Source: Gammaproteobacteria bacterium (GTDB taxonomy: Bacteria > Pseudomonadota > Gammaproteobacteria > Ga0077536). Taken from it: 64,000 bases of DNA. Location of the stretch: assembly GCA_963662545.2 (NCBI GenBank), contig CAXXLL010000002.1, forward strand, positions 2,400,001 to 2,464,000. Reading direction: 5' to 3'. Shown in pieces: positions 10,131 to 21,050 of the stretch. Under the pieces are notes generated by a model. The model ran no database searches, was not told the DNA's origin, and was given only the letters and a program-made list of their open reading frames with translations. The first letter of the stretch is position 1. Every line of letters starts with the position of its first letter. The translations under genes were made by a program, and so were the position numbers.

Positions 10131-10286
10131 ACTTCACCTTTTCCGGGAACAGCTAAAATATTCGAAGCGCGTGCCACCGACCGCGCTATTGGAACCGAAC
10201 GACCGCATGCTCATTGCGAAGATCGATATCGAAAGCCGTTGAAGAGGTATTTTTCTCACCGCGATGCGACCGGGATCGATTGCCAC

Positions 10287-11272
10287 TCAGGATTCGAGCG
10301 GCTTGATCGATTCCGATCGACTAGAACGACCCGATGTACGTCGAATATTGGCCACTCGACGCCACCATCTGGAACTGATTTCAGCTGGCCACCCGGAAGA
10401 ATGTCGCGATCCACCTACCTCGATCGGGGGTGTAACCATACTCATAGCAGTTATGGTCACCCGTTCGGCGATAACTATGCCCTCACCAATTCCAACTTTT
10501 CCTCCACTTAGACAATGATGTCCGATTCTCGCTGCGCCGACGACGACCGTCTGACCGGTTACGGCGGTATTTTCGCCGACGCGCGAATCATGTCCGATAA
10601 GTACCTGGCTGTCGAGAGCACACCCGTTCTCGATGAGGGTGTCGCCGAAAACGCCGCCGTGTACCACGACTTGCGCAAGAATCGTGACGTCGTCCCCGAT
10701 CTGCACGCCGCCGAAGTTCGGAATGCGCAACCATCCTGGACGAGTGAAAATCCGCTTTTTCCTATCACCGTACCCGCACCAACGTGCACCCGGTTACCGA
10801 TCTTCGCCGGCCCGAAGATCATCGCACCTGATTCAATCCTGCAAAAAGCGCCGATCGACACATGACCGCAGATGACTGCGCCGGACTCAACTACGGTTCG
10901 CTCTCCGATTCAAACCGAAGAAGCGAGGTCCGCGTTTTCTGATATCTCGGCCGACGGCGCTACCGTGCACTCCGTTTTACGAAAATAATCTAACGCGTTT
11001 CTGCGGACGGGCAGCCAGGCCGCGGCTCGCGAGATTGCGATCAAGACTTCTTCGACAATCAGCACGTTGGAGAGCTTTAGGTGGTAGGCATCGGCACGGG
11101 TGGCTACCATTGCGGCGGCTACCCCCGCCGCGCGCTGACTGCCGACACAAAAACTGATATCGCGAGAACACGCGTGCGCAGGAGTTGCAAGGGAGTCAAT
11201 TTCCAGTTCTTCCAGGCGCTCGCTGTCACCAGTTCCGAAACGACGGGCGAATTCGTGGAGACGTAAAGCCAT
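10287..11272 (-). pseudogene. lpxD: Disrupted, divergent UDP-3-O-acylglucosamine N-acyltransferase
   Basis: Sits between skp and fabZ; hexapeptide repeats, VIGKSGF, IPNFGGVQIGDDV, LDSQVLIGHD; in-frame TGA at 10910-10912 and a frameshift near 10735. Confidence 0.8.
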
Positions 11273-11350
11273 CGGTCTCCTGTCGCCTTGATACTGGACG
11301 GCCTCCGGACGGTGTGATCGACGCGGTCGGCTTAACGACCGGATTTTCGT

Positions 11351-11884
11351 CTAGTTCGCTTCCTTCTTCAGTCGTTCTATAACCTGGTCGGTAATATCGA
11401 CTTTCTCGCTCGCGAAGACGACGCCGGTTCCAAAAACCATGTCAAAGGACTGCTCTCTGGCGAGGTCGGTGATCGCCTCAGCAATTTTGCGCTGGATCTT
11501 TCCCATTTCCTCGTTGCGGCGAAAATTGACGTCTTCCTGAAACTCCGTCGTACTGCGCTTGAGTTCGCGCCGCTTGTTGACGATGTCCCGTTGCAGCCGC
11601 GTACGCTCCGCCTCGCTCATTATTGCGCCGTCCTTGGTAAATCGATCTTCAAGGCCCTTGAGGTCTTTTTGCGAGGCGACAAGATCACGATCCCTCGTCG
11701 CGAATTCTTTCTCGAGCTTTTTGCGAGCCGCATCCGCCTGCGGCGATGCTTCCAGTATTCTCGGCGCGTTGACGACGCCCAATTTGTAATCTGCCGCATA
11801 ACTCATGCTCATCGACAATACAAACAGCAATGGCGAAATTATCGAGAATCGTTCAAATCTATTCACTGCAGTACTCCAGTGCAT
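11351..11884 (-). CDS. skp: Periplasmic chaperone Skp/OmpH
   Basis: Signal peptide, KLGVVN, coiled coil, VDITDQVI; follows bamA; start may be 11866. Confidence 0.92.
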   Translation of the reverse strand: MHWSTAVNRFERFSIISPLLFVLSMSMSYAADYKLGVVNAPRILEASPQADAARKKLEKEFATRDRDLVASQKDLKGLEDRFTKDGAIMSEAERTRLQRDIVNKRRELKRSTTEFQEDVNFRRNEEMGKIQRKIAEAITDLAREQSFDMVFGTGVVFASEKVDITDQVIERLKKEAN

Positions 11885-11932
11885 CGTGTATTAAATTCTG
11901 GCATTTTACTTCGTCTGAGCCGTGCGCGGTTG

Positions 11933-14278
11933 TTAGAACTGCGTTCCAAAATTGAATTGAAATTTCTGGAGTTCGTCACCCAACTGATCGCGAAACGGCT
12001 GCGCGAAACTCACCGACAATAGCCCAAACGGGGACATCCAAATTCCCGAAATTCCCACAGACATCCGCAGATCGCGCAGATTAAACTCGTCGTCCTTGTC
12101 CTCCGCAAAAACGCGGCCAGTCGTCGTGTCCTGAAAGAACAAGGTATCCGCCCCATAAACATTGCCTGCATCCAAGAATCCGGATAGCCGAACGGACTTG
12201 AAGTCTTCAAGAAACGGGACGGGAATAATGACCTCGGCGTTGCCGACCAACGAAATGTTTCCGCCCCGAGCACGGCCGAAGGAGTCTTCCGGTCCAAGAG
12301 AATTTTCTTCGTAACCTCGCACTGTGCGCGGCCCGCCGGCAAAAAAGTTCTCAAAGAACGGGAGTTCCGAGGTGTCGCCGTACGCGTCTCCGTACCCCAC
12401 TCGGCCTTTCAACAGTAGCGTGTAATTTCTTATCAGCGGAATGAATATGCGAGCGTCGTAGTCAATCTTGAAATATCGAAGATCCCCGCCGGGAAGTGCT
12501 ACCTGTCCCCGTATGCGATGCAAAACCCCTCGATCGGGAAAGATCGCCGCGTTCCTAGTGTCATACGAAAACGACGACGTTACTCTGACAATGTCGTACT
12601 TGTTTCCTTCTAGAGCCAGAAAATCCCTGATAATTGGATCGAGAAAGAAGGGATTGGTATTGATTTCGGTCGATTCGTAACTGATGCCGGCATTGATGAA
12701 TCGATATTCGCTGATGGGGATACCGAAGTTCATGCCACCGGAATACGTTTTGGTGTCGAATACCGTGCGGTTGGTATTGCCCGGTTCCGTCTTGCTGTAC
12801 GACACGTCAAACCCGCGCGCAACACCATCGATGGTCCAGTAAGGATTGAGATAGCCCAATCTGAAAGTTTGGTTGATTTCGCTGTTATTGAAAGCAAAGC
12901 TGACGCTTTTCCCGCTGCCGAGAAAGTTGTCCTGGGTCACATTGGTATTAAAAATGATACCGGCGGATTGTGAAAACCCGAGCCCCAGCAACAGGTTCCC
13001 GGAAGGGCGTTCTTTTACGGTGAAATTGACGTCAACTTGATCGGTGGAGCCGGGTACGGCCGGGGTTTCGACGTTGACGTCCTCAAAATAACCGAGGCGG
13101 CGCAATCTAGTTTTCGAGCGCTCGACCTTTTTGGTCGATATCCACCCTCCTTCGAGTTGGCGCATTTCCCTTCTCAAAACCTCGTCGCGCGTTTTCGCGT
13201 TCCCAAAAAAGTTGACGCGCCGTACGTAAACCCGCTGCCCCGGATCGATGAAATAAGTGATTCCTACCGTGCTGTCCTCGTCGTGAATATCAGGAATGGC
13301 ATTAACGTTGGCGAACGAATATCCCTCGGTACCGAGACGGTCGGTAATATTTTTACTGGTCAAGGTCAGCATTTTGCGCGAGAACAGCATGCCTTCACGC
13401 GTCGCGACCCATTTGAACAGTTCTTCGGGCTCCACGATCAGGTTGCCGGCAAGTTTGACATCCCCGACGGCGAACAATTTGCCTTCCGTAATGTTGATCG
13501 TAACGTAAACGTCGGCTTTATCCGGCGTGATCGACACCTGAGTCGAATCGACCGAGAAATTGATGAAACCCGTGTCAAGATAGAGTGAACGAAGGGATTC
13601 CAGGTCGCCAGCCAACTTCTGCTTGGAGTATTGGTCGTCCTTGGTAAACCAGCTGATCCAATTCGGCGTAGTCAATTCGAACAGTCCGAGAATATCCTCG
13701 TCCGAGAACGCCTCATTCCCGATAACATTGATCTGCTTTATCCGCGCGGTTTCGCCTTCAGAAATTGTAAAAGCAATTTCAAAGGACTTGTCGGAGACCG
13801 GAATCAACTCGTATTCAATACGAACGCCGTATTTACCATTGGCGTAGTACTGACGCCGAATTTCCTGAGTTACCCTGTCGAGCTTTGCTTCGTTGAAAAC
13901 CTCACCCTTGGCAAACCCGATCTCTTCCAGTCCCTCGAGCATATTGTCCGTCTCGATCGATTTGTTTCCTTCGAAGGTAATATCCGTGATGGTCTCGCGC
14001 TCGATGACGATAACGACTAGCACGTCACCGTCGCGTTCGAGCCGGACGTCTTTGAAAAATCCTGTTTTGAATAGCGCACGGACCGCGTCTCGGTATCGTT
14101 TGTCGTCGACCGAGTCACCAACACTGATAGGAAGGTAATTAAAGACGGCGCCGGGGGAGATTCGCTCTAATCCCTCGACCCGGATATCATCGACGATGAA
14201 CGACTCAGCGGCGTGGGAAGCCACCGCGAAAATCAAGAGAACGGCGCTTGTCCAGCCCGCAAGAAAGGCTCTTAGCAT
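11933..14278 (-). CDS. bamA: Outer membrane protein assembly factor BamA
   Basis: POTRA repeats (IRVEGLERI, TRDEVLRRE), VRGY motif, C-terminal FQFNFGTQF. Confidence 0.97.
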   Translation of the reverse strand: MLRAFLAGWTSAVLLIFAVASHAAESFIVDDIRVEGLERISPGAVFNYLPISVGDSVDDKRYRDAVRALFKTGFFKDVRLERDGDVLVVIVIERETITDITFEGNKSIETDNMLEGLEEIGFAKGEVFNEAKLDRVTQEIRRQYYANGKYGVRIEYELIPVSDKSFEIAFTISEGETARIKQINVIGNEAFSDEDILGLFELTTPNWISWFTKDDQYSKQKLAGDLESLRSLYLDTGFINFSVDSTQVSITPDKADVYVTINITEGKLFAVGDVKLAGNLIVEPEELFKWVATREGMLFSRKMLTLTSKNITDRLGTEGYSFANVNAIPDIHDEDSTVGITYFIDPGQRVYVRRVNFFGNAKTRDEVLRREMRQLEGGWISTKKVERSKTRLRRLGYFEDVNVETPAVPGSTDQVDVNFTVKERPSGNLLLGLGFSQSAGIIFNTNVTQDNFLGSGKSVSFAFNNSEINQTFRLGYLNPYWTIDGVARGFDVSYSKTEPGNTNRTVFDTKTYSGGMNFGIPISEYRFINAGISYESTEINTNPFFLDPIIRDFLALEGNKYDIVRVTSSFSYDTRNAAIFPDRGVLHRIRGQVALPGGDLRYFKIDYDARIFIPLIRNYTLLLKGRVGYGDAYGDTSELPFFENFFAGGPRTVRGYEENSLGPEDSFGRARGGNISLVGNAEVIIPVPFLEDFKSVRLSGFLDAGNVYGADTLFFQDTTTGRVFAEDKDDEFNLRDLRMSVGISGIWMSPFGLLSVSFAQPFRDQLGDELQKFQFNFGTQF

Positions 14279-14318
14279 AGATTCGTTATTAGTTGTTAGA
14301 GATGTCCGTCACCAGCGT

Positions 14319-15674
14319 TCATAGAATGCGTAGAATGTCGTTGTAGACGGCCAGCCCCATGAGGCTCAACAACATTACCAGACCGATTTGTTGCCCGTAA
14401 GCCTGAAGATGCTCGGACACCGGTTTTCGCGTCACGAATTCTATCAGGTAATAGAGAAGGTGTCCGCCATCAAGCAGTGGAATTGGCAACAGGTTAAGCA
14501 CGGCAAGTGAGACACTGACGAGGGCTAAAAATTCGAGGAATCGAGCCGGTCCCATTTTCGCCGATTGCCACGCATAATGAGCGATGCTAATCGGCCCGCT
14601 AATGTTGTGAACCGAGGCTTCTCCAATCACCATCTTGACCAGAAACTTGAGCGTGGTAACGCTCATTTCCCAGGTGCGCGCGGCGGCACCGAAGACCGCT
14701 GGTACCGGACCGTAACGCTCGATGCCCATCGGCACGGTCTGAAGGTCGTCCGGAATCCTTACCTCAGCGCCGATTCTGCCGATGATTGCCCCATCTACGT
14801 CCACTTCCGCCGGTGTCAGCGTAATCCGAACGTCTTCGTCGGATCGGGCGACCAATAAGTCCAACGGCTGCCCCGGGTTGGCTCGAATCAATTCCACCCA
14901 CTCGGTCCAGGTCTCTATCTCGCTACCATTGGCTTCGACGATTCGATCACCGGGTTCGATACCCGATTGATGAGCCGGTTCGCCCGGCACAACGCGTGCG
15001 ATTACCGGAGGTATCGAAGGCCGCAGGGGCGTAATACCGATTTCGGTAAAAAAATCTCCTTCGCTGATATCGTCGATGGAGACTTCGGTGAAATCGAGAT
15101 CGGATAATCGTTCGGAACCGCCGGGTGTACGAATGACGATGTCCACTTTGCGACCATCAAGAATCGCGCCCAACGACTTGCGGAAAACGCCGTCCCAAGT
15201 GTGCGTCTTAAGGCCTTCGACTTCGACGATCTCGCTGCCCTGAACCAATCCGGCACGCGACGCAAGCGAACCGTCTTCCACTTCGCCAATGATCGGGCGC
15301 GGCCCGCTGACACCCATTACCAGCATGACCCAATAGGCAAAAAACGCGAATACGAAATTCGCAATCGGCCCCGCCGCTACCACGGCAGTGCGGGTCGCCA
15401 GGGACTGCCGGTTGAAGGCCCTATGGGCTTCCTCTTCGGCCACTTCTCCTTCACGCTCGTCGAGCATTTTCACGTAGCCGCCCAGCGGTACGACCGCAAT
15501 CACGAATTCCGTTTCGCCTGCCTGCCGCCGCCACAGGGGTTTTCCAAAACCGACCGAGAACTTGAGAATCTTCACCCCCAGTCGTTTCGCAACCCAGAAG
15601 TGCCCGAATTCATGCGCCGTAACGAGCACCCCGAGTGCAACGACGAACGATGCAAGCGTCTGAATGATTTCCAT
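14319..15674 (-). CDS. rseP: RIP metalloprotease RseP
   Basis: HEFGH, PLGGYVKM, PDZ domains, NLLPIPLLDGGH. Confidence 0.96.
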   Translation of the reverse strand: MEIIQTLASFVVALGVLVTAHEFGHFWVAKRLGVKILKFSVGFGKPLWRRQAGETEFVIAVVPLGGYVKMLDEREGEVAEEEAHRAFNRQSLATRTAVVAAGPIANFVFAFFAYWVMLVMGVSGPRPIIGEVEDGSLASRAGLVQGSEIVEVEGLKTHTWDGVFRKSLGAILDGRKVDIVIRTPGGSERLSDLDFTEVSIDDISEGDFFTEIGITPLRPSIPPVIARVVPGEPAHQSGIEPGDRIVEANGSEIETWTEWVELIRANPGQPLDLLVARSDEDVRITLTPAEVDVDGAIIGRIGAEVRIPDDLQTVPMGIERYGPVPAVFGAAARTWEMSVTTLKFLVKMVIGEASVHNISGPISIAHYAWQSAKMGPARFLEFLALVSVSLAVLNLLPIPLLDGGHLLYYLIEFVTRKPVSEHLQAYGQQIGLVMLLSLMGLAVYNDILRIL

Positions 15675-16858
15675 CAGTGAACGCCTTCGGCCAACTTCAT
15701 ACGAACCTGTTCGCGTGCCTGTTCATCGGCCTCAAGTATGGCTTGCAGATCGGAGGCTTCTCGTGCGCTGACGTTTTCCAACGCATGCTCCACCAGTATC
15801 GGGATCGTCGTAAAACCCGTTTTCTCATCGAGAAAAGCCGCGACCGCGACTTCGTTTGCCGCGTTGAGAATAGCGGGGGCGGTCCCGCCGGTCATCATCG
15901 CGTCTTTCGCCAGCTGCAGACACGGAAAACGATCGTAGTCCGGCTCTTCGAAATCCAATTTTCTGACTTCGAACAAATTGAGCCGGTCGACGCCCGCATC
16001 ACAGCGCTCGGGCCAGGCCAGTGAATAGGCGATCGGGGTGCGCATGTCGGGATTACCCATTTGCGCAAGCACCGATCCATCAACGTACTCGACCATCGAG
16101 TGGATGACGCTCTGTGGATGAATGACGACTTCGACCTGCTGCGGCGACGTGCCGAACAACCAACAAGCTTCTATCACTTCGAGACCCTTGTTCATCATCG
16201 TCGCTGAATCCACGGATATTTTCCTTCCCATAACCCAGTTTGGGTGTGCACAGGCCTGGTCCGGCGTCACGTGTTCAAGTTGCTCCAGCGGAATTGTGCG
16301 GAATGGGCCGCCGGATCCGGTTAACAACACCCGTGACACACCGACGGCGCCCAATCCATGCCCGAAGTTCAAGGGCATACACTGGAACACCGCGTTATGT
16401 TCACTGTCTATCGGCAGCAGTTCAGCTTTACTGTCGCGAACGGCATCCATAAACAGTTGCCCCGACATCACCAGCGATTCCTTGTTGGCCAGCATCACGC
16501 GCTTACCTGCTTTTGCCGCTGCGAGATTCGGTAGAAGACCTGCGGCACCAACGATACCCGCCATGACATAATCGACCGCATCGTCGGAGACGACCGCCGA
16601 CAGTGCTTCGACCCCGACCAGTACTTGGGTGTCTAGATCTGTTGACCGACAGCGCCTGTCCAATTCCTCGCCTGCCTGGTCTTCGACCATCACGGCATAG
16701 ACGGGGTTCCATTGCCGGCACTGTTCAAACATCGCATCGACATTCGAATAAGCGGTAAGGGCGAAAACCGTGAAACGGTCAAGTTGTCTCGAAATGACGT
16801 CGAGTGTATTGACACCGATCGTGCCGGTCGAACCCAGGATGGAAACGGCCCTCTTCAT
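15674..16858 (-). CDS. dxr: 1-deoxy-D-xylulose-5-phosphate reductoisomerase
   Basis: [36 protein letters not shown]. Confidence 0.97.
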   Translation of the reverse strand: MKRAVSILGSTGTIGVNTLDVISRQLDRFTVFALTAYSNVDAMFEQCRQWNPVYAVMVEDQAGEELDRRCRSTDLDTQVLVGVEALSAVVSDDAVDYVMAGIVGAAGLLPNLAAAKAGKRVMLANKESLVMSGQLFMDAVRDSKAELLPIDSEHNAVFQCMPLNFGHGLGAVGVSRVLLTGSGGPFRTIPLEQLEHVTPDQACAHPNWVMGRKISVDSATMMNKGLEVIEACWLFGTSPQQVEVVIHPQSVIHSMVEYVDGSVLAQMGNPDMRTPIAYSLAWPERCDAGVDRLNLFEVRKLDFEEPDYDRFPCLQLAKDAMMTGGTAPAILNAANEVAVAAFLDEKTGFTTIPILVEHALENVSAREASDLQAILEADEQAREQVRMKLAEGVH

Positions 16859-17664
16859 TGCTGCCCTGCGCTGATGAATCCGACGGTAAAAACGGGTGCC
16901 GCCGCGAGTAAGCTGTCGATTCGGTCCAGAATACCACCGTGCCCCGGCAGAATAGAGCCGCTATCCTTTTTCCCGCAGCCGCGTTTGAGCAAGCTCTCCA
17001 GCAGATCACCGACGACCGAGGCGATCAGCGTCGCTGCGACGATCACGAGGACGACCGCGAGCGATGCCGGTTTCAGTAGCGCGGTCCAGATCGCCGCGAG
17101 AATCAGCGTTCCGATCAGCCCGATCACCAGACCTTCCCAGGTTTTCCCCGGACTGATGCGGCTTGCCAGGCGCCGCCGACCCAGCGCCCGGCCTCCGAAA
17201 AAGGCAAGAATGTCAGCGCTCCAGACCAGGGCGAGCAATGCGATCAACAGGCCAGGCCATCGTACGAGAAGGAAGTAAACCGCGATCCATGCTGGAATTA
17301 AGACAACCCAGCCCAAAATTGCGATGCCGACGCCGCTTTGCAGGCGCGGCGCTTCTCGCATTTGATAATGAACGATCCACACGGCCGCGACCGCCCACCA
17401 TATACAGGCGAGGACCAGCAATCCGTATTCCGCCGCGGGGCTTGGAATTATTCGATGGAGCGTGACCGCGAGCACGACGGTCAAAAAAGCATACAACCAA
17501 CGTGAAAGCGGTGTACGGGCACCTGCCAGCGAAGCCCATTCGAACGCAGCGATGAATATGAACACCGTAAGAAAGCCCTGCATGAGCAGCGGCGGTAAAT
17601 AGAGGATGCCTGCGACTACCAGCGGCCCCAATATCACTGCCGTCAAAATTCGGGCTGCAAGCAC
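16855..17664 (-). CDS. cdsA: Phosphatidate cytidylyltransferase
   Basis: [28 protein letters not shown]. Confidence 0.96.
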   Translation of the reverse strand: MLAARILTAVILGPLVVAGILYLPPLLMQGFLTVFIFIAAFEWASLAGARTPLSRWLYAFLTVVLAVTLHRIIPSPAAEYGLLVLACIWWAVAAVWIVHYQMREAPRLQSGVGIAILGWVVLIPAWIAVYFLLVRWPGLLIALLALVWSADILAFFGGRALGRRRLASRISPGKTWEGLVIGLIGTLILAAIWTALLKPASLAVVLVIVAATLIASVVGDLLESLLKRGCGKKDSGSILPGHGGILDRIDSLLAAAPVFTVGFISAGQQ

Positions 17665-17712
17665 TCGGGCACCGCTGCAACGGGTTCCCTAGATCACCAA
17701 ACCCGCAGGCTA

Positions 17713-18477
17713 TTACTCGGCATCAGACGTCATGAGCGTGTTCACCTTGCCGGTGACCTGTTCGCCCGTCCTGCCGAAGCGCCGTTGGCGCCCGGCATAA
17801 CTCACCAGTGCTTTTTCAAATTCCGCGGTATCAAAATCTGGCCACAGACAGTCGGTAAAATAGAGTTCTGTATAAGCGAGCTGCCACAGCAGATAGTTGC
17901 TGATGCGTTTTTCTCCGCCGGATCTGATGAAGAGATCGGGTTCTGGCAAATCGGCCAGCGCGAGATTTTGCGCGATCAGTTCCGGCGAAATTGCCGAAGG
18001 ATCGAGTTCGCCCTGCCCGACTTTCACCGCCAGTTTGCGAACCGCCTCAGTTATGTCCCAGCGTCCGCCGTAATTCGCGGCAATGATGAGGTTAAGGCGG
18101 TCATTGTCGCGCGTCTTGGCTTGCCCCTCGCTGATGCAGCGTCTCAGCCTCTTTGGGAAAGCCGTAACGTCGCCGATGACGCGCAGCCTCACGCCGGCTT
18201 CGTGAAGGCGTTCAATCTCCTGTTCGAGCGCGACTACGAAAAGATCGAAAAGCAGTCGCACTTCCGCCGGCGGCCGGCGCCAGTTCTCGCTGCTGAATGC
18301 AAACAAAGTCAGCGCCTCAATGCCTGCTTCGGCGCAGTATTTGATGATGACCCGCAGGTTTTCAACACCCGCCCTGTGCCCTGCGATCCGCGGTAGCTGC
18401 CTTTTACGCGCCCAACGCCCGTTGCCGTCCATGATGATGGCAACGTGGCGGGGAAGCCTCGATTCTATCGTTGTCAC
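17713..18477 (-). CDS. uppS: Undecaprenyl diphosphate synthase
   Basis: HVAIIMDGNGRW, FSSENWRRP, IRSGGEKRISNYLLWQ; GTG start inferred. Confidence 0.96.
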   Translation of the reverse strand: MTTIESRLPRHVAIIMDGNGRWARKRQLPRIAGHRAGVENLRVIIKYCAEAGIEALTLFAFSSENWRRPPAEVRLLFDLFVVALEQEIERLHEAGVRLRVIGDVTAFPKRLRRCISEGQAKTRDNDRLNLIIAANYGGRWDITEAVRKLAVKVGQGELDPSAISPELIAQNLALADLPEPDLFIRSGGEKRISNYLLWQLAYTELYFTDCLWPDFDTAEFEKALVSYAGRQRRFGRTGEQVTGKVNTLMTSDAE

Positions 18478-18487
18478 CTTTTCACCC

Positions 18488-19045
18488 TCAGATTTCGAGC
18501 GTTTCCTTTTCCTTGCCGGCGACGATCTCATCGATTTTGGCGACGTGCTCGTCAGTCAACTTTTGCACGACATCTTCGCCCCTGTGTTCGTCATCTTTGG
18601 AGATTTCTTTATCCTTGACCAAATCCTTCATATGCGAAATCGCGTCGCGCCGGATGTTTCTCACCGCGACTTTCGCCTGCTCCGCCTCGTGCTTGATGAC
18701 TTTGATCAAATCCTTGCGCCGTTCTTCCGTCAAGGCCGGCAACGGAATTCTAATTACCATTCCGGCTGTTGCAGGATTGAGCCCGAGGTCGGATTCCAGA
18801 ATCGCCTTTTCTATGGCCTCGACCATCGACTTATCCCACGCGGTCACGGTCAGCGTGCGCGCGTCTTCGACTGTGACGTTCGCAGTTTGTGTAATTGGCG
18901 TGCGAGTTCCGTAATAGTCGACGGTCACGTGATCAAGAAGACTCGGGTGCGCCCGCCCCGTGCGGAGCCGGGTCAAATCCGACCGGAACGATTCGACGCT
19001 CTTACCCATACGGGATTTTGCGTCATCCTCAATATCTTTGATCAT
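18488..19045 (-). CDS. frr: Ribosome recycling factor
   Basis: [29 protein letters not shown]. Confidence 0.97.
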   Translation of the reverse strand: MIKDIEDDAKSRMGKSVESFRSDLTRLRTGRAHPSLLDHVTVDYYGTRTPITQTANVTVEDARTLTVTAWDKSMVEAIEKAILESDLGLNPATAGMVIRIPLPALTEERRKDLIKVIKHEAEQAKVAVRNIRRDAISHMKDLVKDKEISKDDEHRGEDVVQKLTDEHVAKIDEIVAGKEKETLEI

Positions 19046-19046
19046 C

Positions 19047-19781
19047 CTACTTCTGCACCGTTACCAGAGTCCCGACCTCCTGTCCAAGCGCGGCCGCAAC
19101 GAAGGTGCCCGGTTTTGTCATATTGACAACGCGCAAAGGCATTTTATTGTCGCGGCATAATACAATCGCGGTAGCATCCATGACATTGAGCTTTCGTTCA
19201 AGCACATCGTCGTAGTCGAGCGTTTTGTATTTTATCGCCTGCCGATCGATAGCCGGGTCCGCTGAGTAAACGCCATCGACCTTAGTCGCCTTGATCATAA
19301 GGTCTGCGTCGATCTCAATAGCCCGTAAACTCGCGGCGGAATCGGTCGTAAAGAATGGGTTGCCCGTACCCGCGGCGAGAATGACTACACGGCCCTTTTC
19401 AAGGTGCCGTAGCGCGCGCCGGCGAATGTAGTCTTCGCAAACTTCATTGATTTTGATCGCTGACATGACACGAGCGTATACGCCCTTACGCTCCAATGCG
19501 TCCTGAATGGCCAGCGCATTGATCACCGTCCCGAGCATCCCCATGTGATCGGCCGTTACCCGGTCCATCCCCGACGCAGCAAGTCCGGCTCCGCGGAATA
19601 TATTGCCGCCGCCGATGACGATAGCTACCTGTACGCCGGAATCTCGAAGATCCTGAATTTCGTTGCCGATCCTCTCGAGTACAGCGGGATCGATTCCATA
19701 ATCTTGCTCGCCCAATAAAGCTTCGCCGCTGAGTTTAATCAGTACGCGGCGATACCGGGCTTGCGGAGAATGACCCGTCAT
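19047..19781 (-). CDS. pyrH: UMP kinase
   Basis: [25 protein letters not shown]. Confidence 0.97.
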   Translation of the reverse strand: MTGHSPQARYRRVLIKLSGEALLGEQDYGIDPAVLERIGNEIQDLRDSGVQVAIVIGGGNIFRGAGLAASGMDRVTADHMGMLGTVINALAIQDALERKGVYARVMSAIKINEVCEDYIRRRALRHLEKGRVVILAAGTGNPFFTTDSAASLRAIEIDADLMIKATKVDGVYSADPAIDRQAIKYKTLDYDDVLERKLNVMDATAIVLCRDNKMPLRVVNMTKPGTFVAAALGQEVGTLVTVQK

Positions 19782-19957
19782 CGAAAATACTGTGACAAGT
19801 GTGCTGTCGTGTAATAAAGCTTCATAACTCGCTGATCCTCGTGCCGCGTCACGGTGTTGCGATTTTGGCCGTATTACCGATACGACGGCTCATCGCCCCG
19901 TACACCCCGAGCGTCCTGCGCGCTGTACTGAAGATTAATACGGGACTAAACCATTCT

Positions 19958-20020
19958 TCAGGATCGGCCGGCGCTTCGTGCCTGCGCCATGACTTCATCT
20001 GCGATATTCTCCTGCTGCTT
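19958..20020 (-). pseudogene. tsf: Detached C-terminal 20 codons of tsf (KQQENIADEVMAQARSAGRS*)
   Basis: Immediately beyond repeat A copy 2; resembles the EF-Ts tail that follows GEGI (EKxExxFAxEV). Confidence 0.8.
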
Positions 20021-20024
20021 TTAG

Positions 20025-20186
20025 GGAACCTCTGAATAAGTCAAGGTGCATGTGAATTGTTCATGCAGTGGAGGAGATCAAGGCACGAATCGCAGGCCAT
20101 AGCGGGCAATATTGGCAAGCTTCGTAACGCGGTGCTGCACGATTTCATGGGCAAGGCAGATGTGCCATGACTTATTCAGAGGTCCC
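20025..20186 (-). mobile_element. Repeat family A copy 2, between tsf and its detached tail
   Basis: 162 bp, both TIRs, TTAG direct repeats at 20021-20024 and 20187-20190. Confidence 0.9.
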
Positions 20187-21008
20187 TTAGATGCCTTCGC
20201 CGACTTCGTACCGGACGAAACGCCTGACCTTCGCGTCGCTTGCATCGAGCAGTTGCGCCACCGTCCGATCCGTGTCCTTAACGAACGCCTGGCCCAGCAG
20301 CGTAATTTCGTTTATGAATTTCTTCAGCCTGCCTTCGACCATTTTATCGACGATCTGCGGCGGCTTGCCGCTCTGCTCCGCTTGAGCAACCTGGATTTCG
20401 CGTTCTTTTGATAGTAGTTCTTCATTGACATCGTCTTCGCCGATACAAACCGGGCTACTGGCCGCCACCTGCATTGCGATGTCGCGCGCGAGATCGCGGG
20501 TCCCGCCTTCCATCGCGACCAAAACCCCAATTCGGTTGCTGTGAACATACGACTCGATGACGCCCTCCGCGAAATCCACATAATCGAAGCGGCGTACGGA
20601 AATGTTTTCCCCGATTTTAGTTATGAGGTTTGTACGCATTTCCTCGATAGATTCCCCGTTGTCAGTGACAGCGGCAGCCAGAGCCTCGAGATCCTGCGGA
20701 CGTTGCCGGAGAAGAACCGCCGCGACGCTCTGCGTAAACTGAGTAAAGTTGTCGTTTTTCGCGACGAAGTCGGTTTCGCTGTTAACCTCGACGAGAACCG
20801 AGCGACTGCCGTCGACGACGGCGATAACAGCGCCTTCAGCCGCGATTCTGCCCGCCCTTTTTGCCGCTTTCGCGGCACCGGACTTGCGCAGGTATTCCAG
20901 CGCGGTCTCTATATCTCCATCGGTTTCGACCAGTGCTTTTTTGCACTCCATCATGCCCGCGCCCGAGCGTTCACGTACTTCTTTCACCATGCTGGCGGAA
21001 ATCGCCAT
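20187..21008 (-). CDS. tsf: Elongation factor Ts, C-terminally truncated
   Basis: VKEVRERSGAGMMECKKAL, EVNSETDFVA; ends RYEVGEGI* at the repeat junction. Confidence 0.96.
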   Translation of the reverse strand: MAISASMVKEVRERSGAGMMECKKALVETDGDIETALEYLRKSGAAKAAKRAGRIAAEGAVIAVVDGSRSVLVEVNSETDFVAKNDNFTQFTQSVAAVLLRQRPQDLEALAAAVTDNGESIEEMRTNLITKIGENISVRRFDYVDFAEGVIESYVHSNRIGVLVAMEGGTRDLARDIAMQVAASSPVCIGEDDVNEELLSKEREIQVAQAEQSGKPPQIVDKMVEGRLKKFINEITLLGQAFVKDTDRTVAQLLDASDAKVRRFVRYEVGEGI

Positions 21009-21050
21009 GTTTCAGTTCCTCTGCACGTATCGGTGACGATAAACGCCGAG

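Noticed and set aside
10910-10912. lpxD TGA as selenocysteine or programmed readthrough
   Set aside because: The position is a non-catalytic hexapeptide residue, I see no convincing SECIS hairpin, and a separate frameshift follows.
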